A stretch of DNA of 20,000 nt from Protoeuglena noctilucae (taxonomy: Eukaryota): assembly GCA_958009085.1 (NCBI GenBank), contig OY253671.1, positions 1,603,983-1,623,982 on the forward strand, read 5' to 3'. The notes below the pieces were generated by a model. It searched no databases and was not told where the DNA came from. It worked only from the letters and a program-made list of their open reading frames with translations. Both the position numbers and the translations under genes were made by a program. Below, piece after piece: positions 13,642-20,000 of the stretch (the stretch's first letter is position 1; every line of letters starts with the position of its first letter).

Positions 13642-16600
13642 ATGAGCCAGGCTCCTGCCGCGCCGGCGCGGCCCCTGGCGCAGGGGGCCACGCAGATGGA
13701 GAAGGAGAAGAGCATTCCAGCCACTCCGACGCCCACGGGATCCTCCGTCCCCGCCGATGCGTCCGCGGCCCCTCTTCCCACGATGTGGTCCGAGGTGGCC
13801 CCCGAGGAGGTCCAGCAGGCGAGCGGGGATAGCCGGGCAGTGCAAATGCATTGGGTATTGAGCAACAGCGCTGCGGAAGTTGAGAGCGGACGCTCTGCGC
13901 GATCTGGGAGTCCCGTTTGTTCTGCGCTGCGTTTGTATTCGACTCCCCGCGCGCATCCCCCCTCGCGGACTGGCGCTGCATGGTCAATCTCGGTCTGCTT
14001 ACGGATGATGTGCATCGGGGCAGAGTGAGGTGGCCATTTGCGCTCGCAGGGTGCGCTGATGGTGGCCATGGCGCTGACCCCGGGCCGAGGCATCCAGATG
14101 GCAGGGCGTGCGGCAGCGGGGCCCGGCAAGGGCGCGGACTCGGACGCGAGCATCGTGCCGGTGGCGGTGCTGGCGGCCGCGGAGACCTCTGACCCCCTGG
14201 GCATGGGTCGGCTGGACCCCGCCACCCTGCGGCTGGTGGAGCCCCGGGCGGCGAGGCCCGCGGCGCTGCGGGCGGGGGCCCCTGCGCGCGCGGCGGCTGC
14301 GGACGCGGCGGCGGTGCTGCCCACGAGCAAGTCCTTCGACCCCGACGCGTACCTGGGCACGGTGCATGGGGCGACCCCTCGAGTGCGACTGGAGGCGGGG
14401 ATGGCGACGCTGTCAGAGGAGCTGTCAGAGCGGACGGCGCAGCTGCGTGCGCTGGTGCGTGACAACTTCGCCCGGTTCATGTCCTGCAAGGGCGCCATCG
14501 ACGGCATCTACGGCCGCCTGAGGGTCAAGGACTCTGGGGGCGTGGCATCCACGCGCGCACTGCTAGACACGGTGAGGGGGGGAAGGGGAGCAGTGCTGGA
14601 TGTGCGGGTAGACATGATGAGTGCGGGATGCTGTGCGACTGTGTCTGGGGAGAGGCGAGCGGGATCGGGGCGCACGAGTAATGGTGTGACCGGACGGGTC
14701 GCTCCCGTGTGCAATCACGGCAGTCTGGGGCAGGCGTGGTCGCCATGCACACCCCTTCTTTCTCCCGTCTCATCCGCAGATATCCCAGGCCGAGCAGTCT
14801 GCCCGCAAGGCCCTCGACCCACTCCTGGAGCGGCAGGAGCGCACCGAGCGCCTGCGGGCGTCCATGGCGGCCCTGCGCAAGCACTCGGCGGCCGTGTTCC
14901 TGCCGTCGAGGATGCTCGAGAGGGCGGGCAGGGGGGACTTCGCGGGTGCTCTGGAGGACTTTCGCGGGTGCAGGCACCTGCTGGCGCCGCCCCAGCCGGG
15001 CGCCACGGGGGGGGCGGTGTGGGCGGGGCTGGTGCGGGAGGCGAGGGGCGCGCTGCGGCAGGTCGGGCACATGGCGCAGGCGCACCTCTGCGCCAGCGCG
15101 GGGGACGCGGGGGAGGTGGCGCGCGCCCTGGTGGCACTGCGCGGCATCGCCCAGGAGCTGGGGCCCGAGGCGGTGCGGCCACCCAAGTGAGGGACACGAG
15201 AGTTGGTGGAGTGCTTGACTTAGATTGTGTTAATATCTGTCTACGAGTATGTTCAATAGTGTCGCACCTTGTCGCCCTTTTGTCGCAGGCGGCAGGCGGA
15301 GGGGGAGGGTGGGGGTGCGCCTCCCCTGGTGCCGCTGGACCCGGAGCCGGGGCGGCTGCTGGTGCGCACGATATGCGCGAGGGGGGTGCGGGAGGTGCAG
15401 AAGACGCACGGAAAGCTGCAGAGGTGTGAGGGGCGCAATGGAGGGGGGGTGGGGTACCACATCACATGTCATATGCAGTTGGGATGCCGCGCATGGCAAC
15501 CACCCTGCTACCCTGACCCCCCCGCGCACACACCCGCAGGGCTTTGAAGCGACTGGAGGGCGAGGGCGCCCCCCGCCGCGCCCGCACCACGGCGCTGGTC
15601 CGCGCGGCCGTGCGCGTCTCCCAGGCGACCACCGACTGCGTGCGGCTGGCGTGGCGGCTGGCCAATACCCCCGCGGTGCTCGAGGCGGCCGCCGCGTTCC
15701 CCGTCTTCGGGCCGAGGGGGGCCGCCCGCCACGCCGCCAAGCGCAGCATCGGCTCCGATGCCGACCTGGCGGGGGCGGGGGCTGGAGCGGGGGATGCAGG
15801 GCCCTCGCGGCTGGGCCCCGGGGGCCGCGGCGGTCGCGGCGCCGTGGCCGGCACCCCCGACCGCGACCGCCGCGCCATGCACCGGATGTCATCGGTGGCT
15901 GCCCAGTCCCTTAGCCGCGCCAGGTCCAGCGTGGCGTCGTTGCACGCCGACCCCCTGGGCACCGAGGCGGGCACCGCGCACCTCATCGACGAGTTCTCAA
16001 GAGTCGCGGGGGACATCCTCGAGGTGAGGATGCGATGGGCAGGGGGGTGCAGATGGGCAGCATGTGACTGTGCTTGTCCTTGCGATGCTGAGGAGTGCAG
16101 ATGGGTAGCTTGATGAGCTATCCATGAAATGCTGCGGAACGCATGCGCAGTGTCCGACTCTTCGCCAAATCTGTGACATTCTGTGACATTCTGTGACATT
16201 CGCAGCGGGTGGTGCGTCTCTCCACCGAGGCCACCGCCGAGGCAGGGGGCGACGACGGCACGGTGGGTGACATGGCACCCGTGGCGTCACTGGTGCGCGC
16301 GCTGGGGGCAGCCAGGAGGCAGCTGCTGGCCACGGGGGCGGCAGGCGGGACGGACACGAGCAGGCGAGACACAACGCGGGGCTCACACGGCTGTATGATG
16401 CAGCTAGTACTACTTTCGACAGTCAACCACACCGCCACGCACGTCACTGAGGAAACACATTAGTGCCCAACCAACCCCCCTTCCCCCTCCCCGCAGCAGC
16501 ACCTCCCCCCCCTCGCCCGTGGCCCCCGTCTCCGCCGAGGCCGTGGATGCCGTGGATGCCCTGCTGCGGAGACTGGTCGAGGCGTCGGCGTCCGCGGCCG

Positions 16601-18094
16601 CCCGTCGCCTATCCACCGCCGTGGATGCCGCGCTGGCAGAGCACCCCGGGGCGTGCGCGGCTGCGCTGGCAGAGTCGGTGGACGGCCCCTCCGCCCGCGC
16701 CCTCCTCGCCCTCCTGCAGCCGGCGCCCGGCCACGAGGCCGCCTCCGCCCTGGTCGTGCAGCTGGAGGGGGCGGCCACCCCGGACGGCCCCGGCGCGCCC
16801 GACCCGGACCTGGAGCGCACCGCCCTGGTCGCGTGGCTGAGGGGGGCACTGCGCGCCGCCGTGTGCTCGGTGGAGAGCGCCGCGCGCGACGCCGACGCCG
16901 CCGGCACCGGTCTGCTCTTCGACGCGACCGCCCTCGTCGACGCCGCCTGGGGGGCCGTCGCCCGCGCCGCCGCATTCCTGGAGCTCTGCTGCTCCAAGGG
17001 GGCGGCGCCGCCGGGGCCGGATGGGGAGCGTGTGGCCGCCCCTGCACCCGGCGCACCCCCGGTCGGATCCCCCGAGTGGGCACTCGCCTCCCTCAGGTGC
17101 GAAGACGAGCAACGATATCACAGATCGCAACGCCACGCGTCGCGAATTCCCTTTATAAGACACCACCCCCTCGCGTGCCTGTGCCTATGCAGGTCCGTGT
17201 CGGGTCTGGAGGCTCTCTGCGCGTGGCTGGACTCTCGCCTGGCGCCCCTGCTCATGCACAGCCCGGGCCGCGCCGCCCCCGTGCCCCCTGCCCCCGCCAC
17301 GTGCCTGTCCGCCCTCTCCGCCGCCCGCGCCGCCGTCATGGCGCACTTCTCCTCCTCGGCCGCCTCGCGCGTGCGGGCGCTGGTGCGTGAGTGGGTGGCC
17401 AGCGTGGCGCGCGTCCCCGTGCTCAGCGTCGACCTGCTGGACGACCCGGACGGCGACGAGGCCGCGGGGGTGCGCGCATGGGGGGTGCCGGCTGGGGCCA
17501 GGGGCGAGTGCGCGCGCGTGGTCGACTACCTCTGCCGCGTGGCGGGGGACCTGTCCCGGAGCGCCCCGGACCAGCGCCTGGCGGTGCTGGGGGCGCTCGT
17601 GCGGGGGGCGCTGGGCGAGGCGGGGCGCGCGGCCGAGGCGCTGCTGCAGGGAACCCTGGAGGCCCCGGCCCCGGGGGGCGGCCTCGCGCCCCTGTCGCTG
17701 GCCTGGCGCGTGCAGCGCCGCGTGAGCGTGTGCGCCTACTGCCAGCTGCGCCTGGAGCTGGAGGTCCTCGACGAGGCCACCGCCGCATTCCGCACCCCGG
17801 ACACCGAGGCGGCCCTCTTCGCGGCACTCGAGGCGCTCGCGGAGGCGGCCGTCGTCACGGGTGAGGGGCGGGGAGAGGGGGGTCTGCCGGGCGGCGCTGG
17901 CGACTGTTGTGTACTTACCCATTTCCCCCATGTGACGCGCAGAAGAGGACCAAGCGCTGCTGGGGCTGGACGCCGAGGCGGGCGTGGCGGCGGGCCCATT
18001 GGCGGAGGACGCGTACGGGGCCGTGGCCGCGCCCCTGCTGCCCGCGGCGCTCGAAAGGATGGCCCTGGCCACGCGGTGCCTGGACGCGGGGTGA
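13642..18094 (+). CDS. SEC5: Exocyst complex component SEC5/EXOC2, about 1100 aa
   Basis: Exons 13642-13818, 14050-14571, 14780-15186, 15289-15423, 15540-16023, 16206-16363, 16497-17096, 17193-17860, 17943-18094 (3303 nt, in phase). Plant-Sec5-like motifs DPLGMGRLD, FDPDAYLGTVH, LRALVRDNFARFMSCKGAID, ALDPLLERQERTERLR, FLPSRM, AYCQLRLELE. The start codon is less certain. Confidence 0.88.
16171..16200 (+). repeat. Perfect tandem repeat (CTGTGACATT)x3 at an intron 3' end
   Basis: Three identical 10-mers immediately before the CGCAG acceptor at 16201-16205. Confidence 0.95.
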
Positions 18095-18419
18095 CGCCAG
18101 TGATGATGGCGGCAGAGGATAGTGCTATTGAATGCGTGTTGTCAAGCGTGCATGCGGGAGGCACAGCGGCGTGCGTTGGTTGCTGGGTGCGTGCGACTTG
18201 GCTGCGGCTGGCGTGCTGTCGGAAGCGTTGAAGAGGGTGGCCGATGTGACGGGGAGTAACATTTGATGCTGCGTATGAATCGATTCAGTTGCAAATGCTC
18301 GCAGCGCGCGGAGCGGGGCGTGTGACAGTGTGCATATTCGAGTCCCTGGATTGGGACCCTGCGCCATCGGAAGTCAACGACTTGGCAAGCCCATCGCCGG
18401 GGGCGCGTCTGCCGTACAG

Positions 18420-18551
18420 GCCGCGCTGGTCGTGCAGGGCCCAGGCGCAGGGACCGTCGTGGCCTACGACGACGCGCGGGGGTCATTCACGGTGATAGTC
18501 ACGGCTGATGCGCCGGACGAGGTGGTCTATGTGTCGGTGGCCTCTGACTGA
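18420..18551 (+). pseudogene. Possible coding-exon remnant interrupted by an element tail
   Basis: After a TACAG acceptor-like site, GC3-rich codons give AALVVQGPGAGTVVAYDDARGSFTVIVTADAPDEVVYVSVASD. The stop TGA is supplied by the CTGACTGA tail of the adjacent element. Confidence 0.3.
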
Positions 18552-18716
18552 CTCTCTTCACAAGGCTCACAGCTAAGATCGCGGATCTACCTCTTGCCAC
18601 TATCGCCCGGGGCCCTCGAGCAGTGGCTTCAGCCGCTTTGGCAGTGCCAGGGCCAGCAACTACCAACGCCAGGGAAGCTTGCATCAGCGGTGTAGAGTAC
18701 ATCACCACCGCCTAGC
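18544..18716 (-). other. Predicted structured RNA element, copy 1
   Basis: Several stems covary with copy 2. G-U wobbles work only on the minus strand. Confidence 0.65.
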
Positions 18717-18885
18717 CACAAAGAAAAAAGGCGTGAGACATGAAGCCGTCACGCCGCTCAAGGGGGCACCCCCTTGGGAATGGAGCGCCCCGGGGGGCGG
18801 AGAGAGACAGCCCAGGAGGGCGGCAACACTCAGAACGAGCGGAGCAACACCCACCGGGGAGGCCCGGCGGGGGAGGAAGGCGCCC
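18544..18885 (-). mobile_element. Putative 5'-truncated non-LTR retroelement fragment 1 (3' UTR only, (AGTC)n tail)
   Basis: 18544-18716 is a diverged homolog of 18886-19073 (identical block AGCCGCTTTGGCAG at 18631 and 18989; shared CTACCAAC, GTGTAG.GTACATC, GCCTAGC). It starts with CTGACTGACT on +. The retroelement identity is inferred from architecture. Confidence 0.55.
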
Positions 18886-19073
18886 CTGACTGACTGACTC
18901 GCTTCAAAGGGCACACAGCTTAGGCCTCAGGCCTATTGCTCGCCAGTTCTAGCCTATAACTAGGGGTCCGGTCCCTGGACCTGGCTTAAGCCGCTTTGGC
19001 AGCACAAGGGCCTATGCTACCAACACCCAAGAAGTTCGCGTCGGCTGTGTAGTGTACATCGGCACAGCCTAGC
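18886..19073 (-). other. Predicted structured RNA element, copy 2
   Basis: Same stems as copy 1 plus an extra hairpin CUAGUU-AUA-GGCUAG. Confidence 0.65.
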
Positions 19074-19392
19074 TTAGAGGTGGAACCCGAGGAAAAAACC
19101 ACCCGAGGGTGAGGAGGGCAAGCCCCCCTGTGCCGGCGAAGGCGCATGCAAGAAGCAAGCGCAAGACCCCCAGATACGAGGGCGGGTGCCCGCTAGGCGG
19201 GCTCAAAGGGCTGCAGCAAGGCAGCGGGGGCAGCTGCAAGACAGCGGGTAGGCGGCGCGGCGGCTGCCACTCCCCCCGACTCGCAGGGCCGGGCTGGGGT
19301 GGCGGGCTCAGTGGCCCACCGCTTGAGAGCCCTGGTGCATGGGGAGGTGCCCCTGGGGCGCCGCCCTCTGCACCCTGGGCCCGGCCGCCCCA

Positions 19393-19746
19393 TCATGGCG
19401 GCGCTCGGGCACGAAGGCCGATGGGGAAGGGGAGTGGGCGCCCCACGCCCGGCGCGGGCACACGGTCCATGCTGAACCACTGGCCCGCCTGCTGGATCTC
19501 TTGGACTACAGCCTGACGCTGGGAGAAGAAGGCGCCCCGCACCGTCGTGGCGATGGCGCGGCGCACCCGAGTGAGCACCTCGCCCGTGCCCGGGGGCCGG
19601 GCGTGGGGCAGCCGGCGCAGGGTGGTGTGGTACAGGACCATCGTGCCCCATGCCGCCATGGCCCAGGCGGAGGCGACGATGAGCCACAGGGTCGGCGGCC
19701 AGTTGGGCGGCGTCTGCAGGCCGAGCACGTGGCCGGCCGTGAGCTG
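19393..19746 (-). pseudogene. Truncated ORF (117 aa), possibly the C-terminus of an L1/Tx1-type ORF2
   Basis: QLTAGHVLGLQTPPNWPPTLWLIVASAWAMAAWGTMVLYHTTLRR… has GC3-rich codons and no in-frame ATG at its start. It loosely resembles the hydrophobic 'lt..hvllg..P...lW.lv...a.W' segment after the zinc knuckle of L1-clade ORF2. No RT motifs are present. Confidence 0.4.
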
Positions 19747-19755
19747 TTAAGATGG

Positions 19756-19834
19756 TTAGGGTAGGGTAAGGTAAGGGTAAGGGTTAGGGTAAGGCATTTT
19801 AGGGGTAGGTTTAGGTTTTTAGGGTTAGGTTAGG
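19756..19834 (+). repeat. Degenerate proximal telomeric repeats
   Basis: TTAGGG, TAGGG, TAAGG, TAAGGG, TTTTAGGGG, TTTAGG, TTTTTAGGG and TTAGG variants. Confidence 0.9.
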
Positions 19835-20000
19835 TTAGGGTTAGGGTTAGGGTTAGGGTTAGGGTTAGGGTAGGGTTAGGGTTAGGGTTAGGGTTAGGGT
19901 TAGGGTTAGGGTTAGGGTTAGGGTTAGGGTTAGGGTTAGGGTTAGGGTTAGGGTTAGGGTTAGGGTTAGGGTTAGGGTTAGGGTAGGGTTAGGGTTAGGG
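19835..20000 (+). repeat. Telomere (TTAGGG)n
   Basis: Near-perfect TTAGGG array running to the end of the sequence, G-strand 5'->3' outward, with two TAGGG units near 19871 and 19984. Confidence 0.97.

Larger units (their letters stand above)
18886..19746 (-). mobile_element. Putative 5'-truncated non-LTR retroelement fragment 2 (ORF C-terminus, ~500 nt 3' UTR, (AGTC)3 tail)
   Basis: Minus-strand frame is open from 19746 to TGA at 19393-19395, followed by a hairpin-rich UTR, the conserved structured block and AGTCAGTCAGTCAG. Its 5' end abuts the telomeric repeats. Confidence 0.6.

Noticed and set aside
18505..18530. CTGATG…GA as a hammerhead ribozyme core
   Set aside because: The CUGANGA and GAAA boxes are incomplete and no supporting three-stem junction was found.
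18544..19073. The direct repeat pair as LTRs, CRISPR repeats or a simple tandem duplication
   Set aside because: The copies are too diverged, lack TG…CA ends and a PBS/PPT, number only two, and their differences preserve base pairing.
18544..19073. Telomerase RNA, SRP RNA, tRNA or TPP riboswitch as the identity of the structured block
   Set aside because: No CCCUAA template, no SRP Alu or helix-8 motif, no cloverleaf and no TPP consensus motifs were seen.

Overview
Right end of a chromosome from a GC-rich, intron-rich eukaryote, most likely a green alga (inferred from plant-like RIC1 and SEC5 and a HemC with a simple plastid transit peptide). Five spliced + strand genes were assembled by hand with consistent intron phases: the 3' part of a PPR-like gene (ends 1249), eIF5A (1386-2392), porphobilinogen deaminase hemC (2897-4754), RIC1 (5316-13249) and exocyst SEC5/EXOC2 (13642-18094). 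Seven of the 36 inferred introns appear to use a GC donor, all of the form AG|GCGAG. The short subtelomere holds two diverged, head-to-tail, minus-strand element fragments. Each ends in an (AGTC)n tail and carries a ~170-190 nt RNA-like structure with covarying stems and complementary loops. The distal fragment has an ORF cut off at its 5' end and is capped directly by degenerate and then near-perfect (TTAGGG)n telomere repeats.
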